Positions 28,301-36,642 of a stretch of DNA of 64,000 nucleotides are shown here, one piece after another. The DNA is from Treponema sp. (GTDB lineage Bacteria; Spirochaetota; Spirochaetia; Treponematales; Breznakiellaceae), in NCBI GenBank assembly GCA_009777535.1, contig WRLP01000001.1:47631-111630 (forward strand). The letters run 5' to 3'. Every line of letters starts with the position of its first letter. Position 1 is the stretch's first letter. Made by a program: the position numbers and the translations under genes. Under the pieces are notes generated by a model. The model worked only from the letters and a program-made list of their open reading frames with translations. It was not told the origin of the DNA and ran no database searches.

Positions 28301-28488
28301 TAACCCGTAATCCCACTACCATGGTACGTTTAAATCCTTCCGGTGAATTTGGCTCTCCGGGCGTTAATCTTGGTTATTTGAATGCAAATAATGCTCTGCG
28401 GCCCGCCAGTACATACGAACCGGAGATTTTTATCAGAATAGACAGGGATGTACTGGAACCTTCACCGTGGGACAGGCTGCTGCCCTAG
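25309..28488 (+). CDS. Large TPR-repeat protein with an acidic low-complexity N-terminal region and one TM segment
   Basis: 1,059 aa. Residues ~30-380 are D/E/S-rich with four (L)DLGGE repeats. A hydrophobic segment (FLPVLRLFAIIAVSAACVFYLGY) is followed by multiple TPR-like helices. Confidence 0.75.
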   Translation: MPSLSALGEFRDSFGNIGGERAALMTKKLPVDDLDLPENEAPPFVPLSYDNSAAEDALFSNETFLSKFENVLFEPQPEEPGIQVDDGDNLDFSAFLDTIPEDISPPPVDDVDSDFDIPTDDPSDIEAFSPDTDVEVESEQFDAQDIEEPEDALDLGGENIDGSFTSDSVSFEGLDTAEEDSLDGSQTDIESENLDLDLGDFNLDAKSAESGLDFDSMDPGSELPDTSDESFAAETESVFDGMDLGSDLPDISDENLDLGGESSGDFDIMGDIPQTESPEETMEIAAGDAGEPPEPDSDSLDLGGEEAFQSGDSFDSFDLGGETGGGEAIDLESESPSTEGDDFGGTDFTLPGIDDLFKKPPKGEETIPAAITWDGETKTDDVEEIRLSEDELNSLQKTLSGYPLNLRIACQELIAEHVLAPDQLSKLIRLLVGGAPAKEAAAMAGSILGKTIVIPRGFEKSTGEALEAEQASFAYIFVHNFLPVLRLFAIIAVSAACVFYLGYKFVYNPLRAEAIYKRGYERIFAGEYQRADDLFGDAFRIYRNKKWFYRYAEGFRDERRYMLAENKYDELLRYYPRNKKGVLDYADLETNYLLNYAKAERLLQQELLDYAPNDAEGLLALGDNYLAWADSNPSRFGDKYEDARYAYSRLLDRYGWKAPVVERMMIYFIRTDNLKEVLHTKAWFDENKKRLLSAVTLAELGGYFLDKQLQEVRGVPDEYIESIEGVRALLLQAVREEPSLPEPHYHLARYYGNLDNTYEERLTLENAIRAFDAAREESVRRRVYRIDTHRRYADLLINNREFFPAEEQLVRGINLYEEFLSRNLVAASPEYGRLYAGLGDLEYFVKSGNMEMALNYYHRSEQNGWAPPEIQYRMGAAYYQLEDWRNALEYLFMASAELPLNRRMLFALGNAALKRGDYFAAQGYYNRLLDILENQRTRLPVLLPNDRPEFLELGERIMMARNNAGVAYEALARQTGNRNYRSRALALYAESARAWDSITRNPTTMVRLNPSGEFGSPGVNLGYLNANNALRPASTYEPEIFIRIDRDVLEPSPWDRLLP

Positions 28489-28551
28489 CTCTCAGCGGAC
28501 TTGTTTGAACCTTTTTTGCCCGGCCGGGGCTGAAAACCCGCGGCCAGAGCT

Positions 28552-28818
28552 TTAGAATTCGTGCTTGTTTATGGGACTGTGCTTACAGCCCATTACCTGG
28601 CCGCCGATGACGATTCCGCAATAAATGCACTTTGAGGCTCCATGGCCGTGGATGTGCTTTCTCGTGGGAGCCTGAAGGCAGCCATAACCGTAGGCCGTTC
28701 CGCCGCAGTAGATGCAGCGTCTTTCATTGGTATTATGTTTATGCAGGCCATTGGTGCTGTTGCGGCTGGGACAGCCGGGACCAAATTTTTTAGAATCGCA
28801 GTAAACGCACTTAGACAT
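28552..28818 (-). CDS. Small Cys/His-rich protein with three tandem CxYC...GC...H(x)H zinc-knuckle-like repeats
   Basis: The AGGAGG RBS favours the start at MSKCVYC. The repeats are KCVYCDSKKFGPGC.., RCIYCGGTAYGYGC.. and KCIYCGIVIGGQVMGC... Confidence 0.6.
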   Translation of the reverse strand: MSKCVYCDSKKFGPGCPSRNSTNGLHKHNTNERRCIYCGGTAYGYGCLQAPTRKHIHGHGASKCIYCGIVIGGQVMGCKHSPINKHEF

Positions 28819-28929
28819 AGAATAATCCTCCTTCTTCAACTTATCGGCATTTTACCGTAATTATATCGTTCTAGTACAGAATCAGGGTAAATTCGGATAT
28901 TGTCAATACCGGTAATGCCAATACTGCAT

Positions 28930-28958
28930 TTGACACCGGCTTCCCGGCGTGGTAAAAT
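28930..28958 (+). promoter_or_regulatory. Near-consensus sigma70 promoter of the second CUT1 ABC operon
   Basis: TTGACA (28930-28935), a 17-nt spacer ending in TGG, then TAAAAT (28953-28958). Confidence 0.55.
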
Positions 28959-28994
28959 GCAAATTTAGCCATCAAAACTATTAGGAGGTCATTG

Positions 28995-30326
28995 ATGTTA
29001 ACAAAACTTAGGATTGTGGGACTCGTTCTCACTGTATTGATTGTAGGCTCCCTGTTTACGGGTTGTGCCAAAAAAGACGACCGTACAACACTCAGGGTAT
29101 TTTACTACCTGGAAGCTACAGCGCCCAATGCCATCGCCGATGCCAACAACTGGTTCAGCACTTTTGAAAGGGAAAATCCGGATGTAAGGCTCGACAGGGA
29201 AAACCTGTTTGACGAGCCCTTCCATGATAAGCTGAGGACTTATGCCGCAGCGGGAAATCTTCCCGATGTAATGTTTGTCTGGCCGTCGGGACGCTCGGAT
29301 TACCTGCATGATCAGGGGCTTCTTAAAGACCTGACGCCGTTTGTAAGCCGGGATAACATCAGGGGCGATTATCTGCCCTTGACGATGGATCCGTCCCAAC
29401 AGCAGGCTGGCTATCTGGCCATGATTCCCCAGGGAATTACCACTACCCATGCCTTCTTTATCAACATGGAAGTATTGAACGACTGCGGTCTGCAGCCGGC
29501 AAGGACCTACGCTGAATTAGTGGCGCAGGTACCTGTATTAAGGGCAAATGGTTATGAAACGATTATCATTCCTGCCCAAAGCGAATGGGTTATGCAGAGC
29601 TGCCTGTTCTCCATGGTCGCCGGACGTTTCTGCGGCGAAGGCTGGGAGCAGAGAATTCACAGCGGTCAAGCCAAATTTACCGATCCTGATTTTGTAGCAG
29701 CCCTTGATTTTATCAGGCGCCTGTATGCCGACGGTGTAATCCAGAGATCCGCTGTGGGTATTGAATACGGCGACGGCCCCGGATTGTTTGCGAACAACAG
29801 GGGAGCTTACTACATTGACGGCGACTGGCGGGTAGGCGCATTTATTACCGATTCGGATACCGGAGAGGCGCTGATAAGCCCTGTTAAGCAGGAGAATATC
29901 AGAATTGGCGTATTCCCCAGTATTGAGGGCGCAAGGATCAATTCTTCAAGTTCGGTAATTCTTGGTGTTGGATATGCCATGGCGGCATCCATTCCCGAAG
30001 GCTCAGCCAGGGAAGATGCGGCGTGGCGGCTTGTTAAATACATGACCGGCAAGGCCGTTTCCGAGCGAAGAACCGAAACCGGCGGCACTCCGACTCCGTC
30101 CAGAACCGATTTGGACTTTGGCGCAATGCAGCTTGAGCCCATGCAGAAAGCAATCGGAAACCTTGGCAATGAATTCGCCACCGCGACAGTTGTAATTGAC
30201 GGCGTGTTCCCCTCCGAGGTTTATGAGCCCATTAACAGGGGATTGATACAGATCGCTACCGGTGACAGATCACCTGCTCAAGTAGCTGCTGATGTTCAGG
30301 GGGCATTTGACACCTGGAGCAGATAG
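28995..30326 (+). CDS. ABC transporter extracellular solute-binding lipoprotein (CUT1 sugar type)
   Basis: It has lipobox FTGC. An AGGAGG RBS lies 6 nt before the ATG at 28995. Permease genes follow. Confidence 0.85.
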   Translation: MLTKLRIVGLVLTVLIVGSLFTGCAKKDDRTTLRVFYYLEATAPNAIADANNWFSTFERENPDVRLDRENLFDEPFHDKLRTYAAAGNLPDVMFVWPSGRSDYLHDQGLLKDLTPFVSRDNIRGDYLPLTMDPSQQQAGYLAMIPQGITTTHAFFINMEVLNDCGLQPARTYAELVAQVPVLRANGYETIIIPAQSEWVMQSCLFSMVAGRFCGEGWEQRIHSGQAKFTDPDFVAALDFIRRLYADGVIQRSAVGIEYGDGPGLFANNRGAYYIDGDWRVGAFITDSDTGEALISPVKQENIRIGVFPSIEGARINSSSSVILGVGYAMAASIPEGSAREDAAWRLVKYMTGKAVSERRTETGGTPTPSRTDLDFGAMQLEPMQKAIGNLGNEFATATVVIDGVFPSEVYEPINRGLIQIATGDRSPAQVAADVQGAFDTWSR

Positions 30327-30357
30327 ACTACAATTTAAGTAAGGGCAGGAAGGTATT

Positions 30358-31260
30358 ATGAGAGACAGTTTGTTTAAAAAAGAAGAAAGAACTGCTTACA
30401 TAGTACTTGTAGCGCCTGCCCTGCTTCTCTATCTGTTTGTAATGGCTTTCCCCACGGTTTTTTCCGTGTTTTTGAGCATGTCCACATACCGTGGGGGAAG
30501 AGTCCTGGACCTGAAAAATCACGGGTTTGGCGGCCTGGCGGCTTACAGGGAAATTTTTACTGATCCATTTTTCTTTGTAGCCCTAAAGAACAATATTTAT
30601 ATTGTTCTTATTTCCGTCTTTGGCCAGATACCTCTGGGATTTATTCTCGCCTATATACTCTCGCGCGGGCTCATAAAAAAAACCGGTTTTTTTCAGACCA
30701 TGATTTATCTGCCCAATGTAATTTCGGCCGTAATTATCGGAATTCTTTTCAGCAGATTTTTCCTGGGTTCTCACAGCCTTTGGCTCGAGATTGTCAGAAT
30801 GTTTTTTAATCCCGAAGCCATTTATATACCAAGCAGAATGGATATTATTCCCGTTCTTGTCGTAATATTGTGGATGTATACAGGGATATATATGCTGATA
30901 TTCCTGGCGAATTTGCAAAAAATAGACACATCTGTTATCGAAGCCTCAAAGATCGACGGGGCAACCGAAATGCAGACCCTGCGCTATATCATTCTTCCGG
31001 CTTTGTCCGGCGTAATTGTAACCTGTGCGATTCTTGCGATTTCGGGCTCTCTTAAATCTTTCGATCTTATCTTTGTGATGACTGAAGGAAGGCCTGCCGA
31101 CAGCACAAGTGTTCTTTCCATCTACATGTATAAAAAAGCCTTCAGACAGGCGCCCAATTATCCGGTGGCCAATGCCATATCAACGGTGATGGTTATTATC
31201 TGCTTTATACTCATTGGCGTTACACGATTTACGGAAAAACGTTTTTCTTCGGGAGATTAA
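30358..31260 (+). CDS. Carbohydrate ABC transporter permease (MalF-like)
   Basis: Polytopic, with EAA motif (IEASKIDGATEMQ). Confidence 0.85.
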   Translation: MRDSLFKKEERTAYIVLVAPALLLYLFVMAFPTVFSVFLSMSTYRGGRVLDLKNHGFGGLAAYREIFTDPFFFVALKNNIYIVLISVFGQIPLGFILAYILSRGLIKKTGFFQTMIYLPNVISAVIIGILFSRFFLGSHSLWLEIVRMFFNPEAIYIPSRMDIIPVLVVILWMYTGIYMLIFLANLQKIDTSVIEASKIDGATEMQTLRYIILPALSGVIVTCAILAISGSLKSFDLIFVMTEGRPADSTSVLSIYMYKKAFRQAPNYPVANAISTVMVIICFILIGVTRFTEKRFSSGD

Positions 31261-31261
31261 A

Positions 31262-32104
31262 ATGAACGATATTCGAAAGACAAATATGTATGCTTTGACC
31301 CTCATGTATTTTTCCGTAATTGTATTTACCATTTTGGCCGTTTATCCCATTTTCTGGCTCCTTGTCAATTCGTTCAAAACAACCCAGGATTATATGCGTT
31401 CAAGCAAACTTGCCCTTCCGACAACCTGGTTTTACAGAAATTACACCCTTGCGTGGCGGGATGGCGATTTTGCCACCCTGATTTTTAACAGTGTGTTTTA
31501 TACTACGGTTACTGTGTTTTCCATTATCATTTTAAGTTTTATGGCGGCCTTTGCTTTTGCTAAACTTCCTTCCGGAATAACGCCTGTCCTGCACGGCAGT
31601 TTTATCATAGGCATATTGATAACCCTTCAATGCATCATGGTTCCGCTTTTTATAATGATAACGGCAGTTGGTTTAATAAATACCAGGCTGGGGGTACTTA
31701 TTCCCTATATCGGTATTGGGCTTCCAATGGCAGTCTATCTTGCAACCGAGTACATTAAGGGCATTCCCAACGAGGTGCTTGAATCCGCCCGGATTGACGG
31801 CGCCAAATATCTGCGCATTTTCCGCAGCATTATCCTGCCAATGGCCGCGCCTGTAGCTACAACGGTTGCCATACTCACCGTTACCGGAACATGGAACGAG
31901 TTTATGTTAATCAATATTCTTGTATCTTCGGACAGCCTAAAATCCCTGCCCATTGGAATGAGGATGTTCTCCGGTTCTTTGGCCACCGATTACGGCAAAC
32001 AGTTCGCCGCACTGACAATCGGAATGCTGCCCATGATAGTCTTTTATATCATTTTCAGAAAACAGATAACCAGAGGTGTTTCCGCCGGCGCAGTCAAGGG
32101 CTGA
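31262..32104 (+). CDS. Carbohydrate ABC transporter permease (MalG-like)
   Basis: EAA motif (LESARIDGAKYLR). The ATG at 31262 comes directly after the upstream TAA. Confidence 0.85.
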   Translation: MNDIRKTNMYALTLMYFSVIVFTILAVYPIFWLLVNSFKTTQDYMRSSKLALPTTWFYRNYTLAWRDGDFATLIFNSVFYTTVTVFSIIILSFMAAFAFAKLPSGITPVLHGSFIIGILITLQCIMVPLFIMITAVGLINTRLGVLIPYIGIGLPMAVYLATEYIKGIPNEVLESARIDGAKYLRIFRSIILPMAAPVATTVAILTVTGTWNEFMLINILVSSDSLKSLPIGMRMFSGSLATDYGKQFAALTIGMLPMIVFYIIFRKQITRGVSAGAVKG

Positions 32105-32155
32105 GACGCCACGCGATTCGGGTCAGGTGGCTGCACTGGTATGCCCTGGGCTGCT

Positions 32156-32374
32156 TTATGCTACTTGATAAATCACTGGGCGGTATTGTGGACTCGGTAT
32201 ATCTACATTTGCGTTTCTTGCTTCTTCAAGCCACAGTTTTTGTGCGATTAAAACTTGTTGCAATGCCTCATTCGGCGTTGTGCCAAACGCACTACAGTTT
32301 TTCAAGTCGGGAATATCGGCGATATATCCTTCATCATCATCGCTATAGAATATATTAATATGATAGTCTTTCAT
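32156..32374 (-). CDS. hicB: HicB-family antitoxin (short UPF0150 form)
   Basis: 72 aa (YHINIFYSDDDEGYIADIPDLKNCSAFGTTPNEAL). Its start overlaps the hicA stop (ATGA). Confidence 0.8.
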   Translation of the reverse strand: MKDYHINIFYSDDDEGYIADIPDLKNCSAFGTTPNEALQQVLIAQKLWLEEARNANVDIPSPQYRPVIYQVA

Positions 32375-32636
32375 TGTTTTTCCTCCATTGTCAAATTATA
32401 TTTTTCCACCAACGAGAAGAACTGCTTAATTTGATACGGCTTTGCTTCTCCATTTACATTCTGAATATTGATGATTTCTGCAACTGCTTCATTCTTGTAA
32501 ATACTGTGACTTCCTTCGCTCCTTGTGCGGTAAAACCCCAAGCCGAACAAAATGTTCGGCAAGCTTCAAGAATAACAATAAAGTCATTGTATTTTACATT
32601 CTTTTGGCTGTTCAGTATCTGTTGAAACAGTTTCAT
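32371..32636 (-). pseudogene. hicA: HicA-family toxin gene interrupted by a 20-nt palindromic insertion (frameshift)
   Basis: The N-terminal part (MKLFQQILNSQKNVKYNDFIVILEA) and the C-terminal part (LGFYRTRSEGSHSIYKN...YQIKQFFSLVEKYNL) are in different frames. Deleting 32543-32562 restores an 81-aa HicA-like ORF. Confidence 0.65.
32543..32562. repeat. Palindromic 20-nt insert inside hicA (gccgaaca-aaa-tgttcggc plus 1 nt)
   Basis: It forms a perfect 8-bp stem with a 3-nt loop, located exactly at the frame junction. Confidence 0.6.
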
Positions 32637-32745
32637 TTTATTCACACCTATAATCATACCATTGCTAACTGTATTTCGCAAGGTAACGGCTAAATTCGGT
32701 GTCTGGTTTGGCTCTTCAAGGTAGGGTTGTTAATTTCCTCCCCTA

Positions 32746-32991
32746 CGCCAGCGTTCCACTGCTTTGGTAATTGCAAAAATATATGCCAGAAAAGGTAAAA
32801 ATTATAAATTAAAAGGTAATTCTTGTCCGCAATCATTGTTTGTTTTCATCATTTGTAGCCTTCGAACCTCGGTTTTTCTCTTTAATCTTTCATCTTTTAC
32901 CTATTCGTTATTACCTTTTCCCTCTGACAGGCCCCCTATTGCCTGTTATAGGCATATATTTTTGCAGTCGCCATAGTCGTGGATAAGCCCC
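32746..32991 (+). other. Conserved structured element, copy B (candidate leader RNA or repeat element upstream of the giant operon)
   Basis: It carries the same conserved 5' and 3' blocks as 4539-4706. A perfect 15-bp helix joins 32773-32787 and 32951-32965, with compensatory changes relative to copy A. It ends 60 nt before the ATG at 33051. Confidence 0.4.
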
Positions 32992-33050
32992 ACTAATGCA
33001 TATCTCATCTGCGCGCCATATATATTCATATAACTTTTTGGAGGTTGTGC

Positions 33051-34040
33051 ATGAGGTTTAAGAAAAAATGTTGGGTTTTTGCTGCGGCGGTGTTATTAAT
33101 TATCGCCTGTAAAAGTGAAAACGATTCTTCGCATTCAACGGCGGCTGTAAATACCGGGGAATGGGCTCAGTCAACGGCTGTCTCTTTTGCGCCGCAGGAT
33201 AATTCGGAGCAGCTTCGTTCGCTGGACGAACTCGCCGAGCTGGAAAGATCCGGCTTCTGGTATCAGGGACTGGCTTTGGCTGAATCCGGTCTGCGGGAAA
33301 GTATCGGGGACTATGCAGGGGCGGTCGCCGCCGCTTACAAGGAACTTGCATGGGCCTATGGTCTTGGAATTATTCAAAAGGAAGATTTGGAACAGGGGCT
33401 TTTGAATGTGCTGGAGCAAAAAAAGGAAGATGCCGTGATATTGACTGCCGGCGCAATTCTTTCTTTTGCCAGGGGGCAGTGGGCCGATGCTTTGGCGGGG
33501 TTTGGCAGTATTTTTGAAGATATCGAAGAACCGGATGGATTTGGCCGCTGGATGCTCCTGGTCTGCTCCCTGGAAAGCAATGGAGACGACAGGCGAACTG
33601 CGGCGGCGTACCGGTCTATCAGGGCACGTTATGCGCAGTTTCCGGAGTACTGGTATCGTGGAGCAAGGGCTTTTTCCGGTCCTTTTGCCGCAGATTATGC
33701 CGAGCGTTGTATTGGTATTGCGCCTTCAGGGCCGTTTGCCGGTGAGTGCCGTGCGATACTTGCCGCTTCCACCGGGCTTAAAGCCGAAGACGGGCTGTCT
33801 CTTAAGACCAAGGCTGAGATTGAGGAGATCATATCCAGCTCACTAAGAGAGGGCCAGCCGGAAATTCTTGGTTCACTGCTTCCCCTGATTTCCCTTCCCG
33901 ACAACCCGTACACCGTTTATGCAGTGGGAGCCCTGCGTGCGCTGTCTGCCGCGCCGGTATACAGGGAGTTTTTCGGTTCGCAGGCTGAAGTTTCCGGGGG
34001 GCGCCTGGCGGAACGGCTGGCCTATATAAGCAGGGGCTGA
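33051..34040 (+). CDS. Lipoprotein, alpha-helical (TPR-like), unknown function; first gene of the giant operon
   Basis: It has lipobox LIIAC. A GGAGG RBS lies 6 nt before the ATG at 33051. Confidence 0.7.
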   Translation: MRFKKKCWVFAAAVLLIIACKSENDSSHSTAAVNTGEWAQSTAVSFAPQDNSEQLRSLDELAELERSGFWYQGLALAESGLRESIGDYAGAVAAAYKELAWAYGLGIIQKEDLEQGLLNVLEQKKEDAVILTAGAILSFARGQWADALAGFGSIFEDIEEPDGFGRWMLLVCSLESNGDDRRTAAAYRSIRARYAQFPEYWYRGARAFSGPFAADYAERCIGIAPSGPFAGECRAILAASTGLKAEDGLSLKTKAEIEEIISSSLREGQPEILGSLLPLISLPDNPYTVYAVGALRALSAAPVYREFFGSQAEVSGGRLAERLAYISRG

Positions 34041-34041
34041 T

Positions 34042-34698
34042 ATGAAAACAAAAAAAGAAAATTGGCGTATAACAGCACTCTTTGCAATTTCTTTCGCCGG
34101 CGTTGTGCTTTCAATTTCCTGCGCTTACAAGGCTGACAGGGAAACCATACACCTGTATATCCGCGCTTCGGAGTTTTATACCGCCGGTAATTTTGCAGAA
34201 ACCTGTAATGTCCTTGATGGAATAGAAAAATTTCCTCCGGCTCTTGTATTGAAGGGCAAGGCCGAATATTTTTCCGGCAGGCTCGATGATGCGGAAAAAT
34301 CTTTCAGGCTGGCGGTTAAAAAACGGCCTTCGGCCTTCGAGGCAAGGCTGTATCTTGCGAGAGTTATCCGTGAAAAAGGAGACCTTGCCGCAGCGATGAA
34401 AATTACCGAGTCTCTGTTAGCTGACTATCCGCAGGATATCAGAACATTGTATCTTGCCGCGGAACTCGCAGACGAAATGGGAAACGGCGCCGAAGCGCTG
34501 CTCCTGATGGACAGAGCCGCAGAATTTTCTGCGGACTGTGCGATGATTCTGCTGGGAAGGGCCAGAATGCGGTGGGTGTTGGGCAGGGGCGCCGATGCTC
34601 TGGAGGATCTTAGCCGTGCAAGGGCAATGCTTCCATGGAACACTCCGTTGGCTAATTCGATCATAAATCTTGAAACACGTATCAGGGAGGCACTGTAA
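34042..34698 (+). CDS. TPR-repeat lipoprotein
   Basis: It has lipobox SISC and TPR-like helices (AEYFSGRLDDAEKSFRLAVKKRP...). It starts 1 nt after the upstream stop. Confidence 0.7.
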   Translation: MKTKKENWRITALFAISFAGVVLSISCAYKADRETIHLYIRASEFYTAGNFAETCNVLDGIEKFPPALVLKGKAEYFSGRLDDAEKSFRLAVKKRPSAFEARLYLARVIREKGDLAAAMKITESLLADYPQDIRTLYLAAELADEMGNGAEALLLMDRAAEFSADCAMILLGRARMRWVLGRGADALEDLSRARAMLPWNTPLANSIINLETRIREAL

Positions 34699-35264
34699 TG
34701 AAAAACTTCATTATCAAAATTATATTTTTTTCTTTTTTTGCAATGCTGCTGCTTTCTTGTGAGGGGCTGCCAATTAATTATTCGCGAAGCCAATCATGGC
34801 TTCTTCCCAAAGCCGGCAGCGAAGAAGCGCAGGGCAAAACCTGGACAACCCTTTGTATTTTAAATGTGAGTGTAGACAGAACCGGAGGCTGGGATTCGGT
34901 GGAAAAGGAAACCGCCGGTCTTGCGCCGTTTTACTTTTGGAAAAGGGGCTGCCGTGTAGTCAGCGCCGGTGAAGCGCCTGTTTATGCGGCGGAGATTCAG
35001 GTAAGGGAAAGGGAATTCGGTCTTGGGTGGCGGACGAAGAGATCCCTGGCTGTGGAAGTTCGTATATGGGCTTATGGTGATGCGCCCGGGCCGGACACTG
35101 CACCAGTGGAAAGAAAGGCGCCGCTGGCTGCCGGAAGGGTTACTGCCATGGGGGAAAGGAGTTTTTCTTCATCGGATACAACTGGCCGCCTGCTTTCCAG
35201 GGCAATCAGCAAAGCGGCAAGAAAATTGGCTGTGTACGAAAGGAGCCTCTTAAATGCGAACTAA
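34698..35264 (+). CDS. Lipoprotein, unknown function
   Basis: It has lipobox LLSC. Its ATG overlaps the upstream TAA. Confidence 0.65.
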   Translation: MKNFIIKIIFFSFFAMLLLSCEGLPINYSRSQSWLLPKAGSEEAQGKTWTTLCILNVSVDRTGGWDSVEKETAGLAPFYFWKRGCRVVSAGEAPVYAAEIQVREREFGLGWRTKRSLAVEVRIWAYGDAPGPDTAPVERKAPLAAGRVTAMGERSFSSSDTTGRLLSRAISKAARKLAVYERSLLNAN

Positions 35265-36642
35265 AGTATTTTTATTCTTGCTGATAATTCTTTTTTCCGT
35301 AGCCTTGTACGGAGTCGAAACGCCTTACTCCCTTACTTTTACCGGGGCTGCCGAGCTTGCCCTGGCTTCATCTCCTGATCTGCGGCATGCCCATGCCTCC
35401 CAAAAACTGAAGGAAAGGGCATGGACAATGGGGCTGCGTGCATATTTCCCCCGGATAAGCCTGGACGTATCAGAAAACGATCGTTTGCAGCAAATTGGCG
35501 CTGACTCTTTTATTAAAAATTACGGAATTAGCGTTGACCAGCTTCTTTGGGACGGCGGCAGAACTTCAATGTCGCGTAACCTTGAACGGTTTGAACTTGG
35601 GCTTGCTTCTTCCGCCCTGCAAAGAATGGCTTCGGAAATTACCGAAAGCGCCCTTGCCGCCTATCGAAGCGTGCTTTCTTCCAGGGCCATTTTGGTTATA
35701 AGGGAAGAGGCTCTTGTTGTCCTGGGTGAACAGCGGCGGATTCTGAGCGAAGAAGTTGATTTGGGGCTTGCCCTGCCTGTGGACCTTGCAAGGGCGGATA
35801 TCAGCCTTTCTGAAGCAAAAATTGATCTTGTTTCCCTGCGCCTGGACCTGGAGGAAATGGAAAAACAGTTTGCACAGCTTCTTGGTCTGGAATTTCTGCC
35901 CGTTCTGGAAGAAAAAGTCGATATCAATCACCCTGTTGTTTTTCCGATGGCTGAAGCTGCCGGCGCTTTGGCAAGAGAACGGAATCCTGATTTAGTTCAG
36001 GCCAGATTTTCTATTGTTAAAAAACAGGCCGAGTTAAAATATATTTCTCACTCATGGCTCCCCAATATCAGGCTTACCGGCGGTTTTGGACTAACAGGCC
36101 AGCAGTATCCGCTAACACGTTATAACTGGTCGGTCGGAATCAATGTCGATTTTTCCGGCCCGTGGTTTCAGAACCGCGCCGGCGCCCAGGCGGGCTGGGA
36201 GCCTCCTTACGACAGAACCGCTATGGTTCAGAACAGCTTCAGTCCCCTGCCCGATCCTGCCGCAGGCCTCAATAAACATCAGGCCTTGCTGGCCCTGGTT
36301 CTTGAAAGGGAAAAATACAATGCCGCTTTTGAGCAGATCGGGCGCCTGACCGTAAGGACTGTGGAAAAGTGTTCTCTTGCCGATCAGAAACGGCTCCTGG
36401 CGCTTGAAGCTGTTTCTCTTGCCGCCGAGCGCTGCCGTATTGATGAATTGAGGCTTGGTCTGGGGCAGATAACCCGGTTAAATCTTATGGAAAGCTTCAT
36501 TGAATATATGCAAAAAGAGATTGCCGTTGTTGAAGCCGCTGTTTATCTGCTTGAAACAACAAGGGAGCTGGAACGTATCCTGGATTTCAGGCCCGGCGAG
36601 TTGGCGGCATTTGCCGCAGTCTATCCGGAGGAAAATTTATGA
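35254..36642 (+). CDS. TolC-family outer membrane efflux protein
   Basis: 462 aa with a signal peptide. It has the two-repeat OEP pattern (LTFTGAAELALASSPDL...; second half ...ARERNPDLVQARF). Confidence 0.8.
   Translation: MRTKVFLFLLIILFSVALYGVETPYSLTFTGAAELALASSPDLRHAHASQKLKERAWTMGLRAYFPRISLDVSENDRLQQIGADSFIKNYGISVDQLLWDGGRTSMSRNLERFELGLASSALQRMASEITESALAAYRSVLSSRAILVIREEALVVLGEQRRILSEEVDLGLALPVDLARADISLSEAKIDLVSLRLDLEEMEKQFAQLLGLEFLPVLEEKVDINHPVVFPMAEAAGALARERNPDLVQARFSIVKKQAELKYISHSWLPNIRLTGGFGLTGQQYPLTRYNWSVGINVDFSGPWFQNRAGAQAGWEPPYDRTAMVQNSFSPLPDPAAGLNKHQALLALVLEREKYNAAFEQIGRLTVRTVEKCSLADQKRLLALEAVSLAAERCRIDELRLGLGQITRLNLMESFIEYMQKEIAVVEAAVYLLETTRELERILDFRPGELAAFAAVYPEENL

Noticed and set aside
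4539-32991. The idea that the two conserved element copies are attL/attR of a 28-kb genomic island next to tRNA-Gly
   Set aside because: The interval contains core housekeeping genes (rpsP-rimM-trmD-rplS, pssA-psd). The copies differ by compensatory changes rather than being identical direct repeats.
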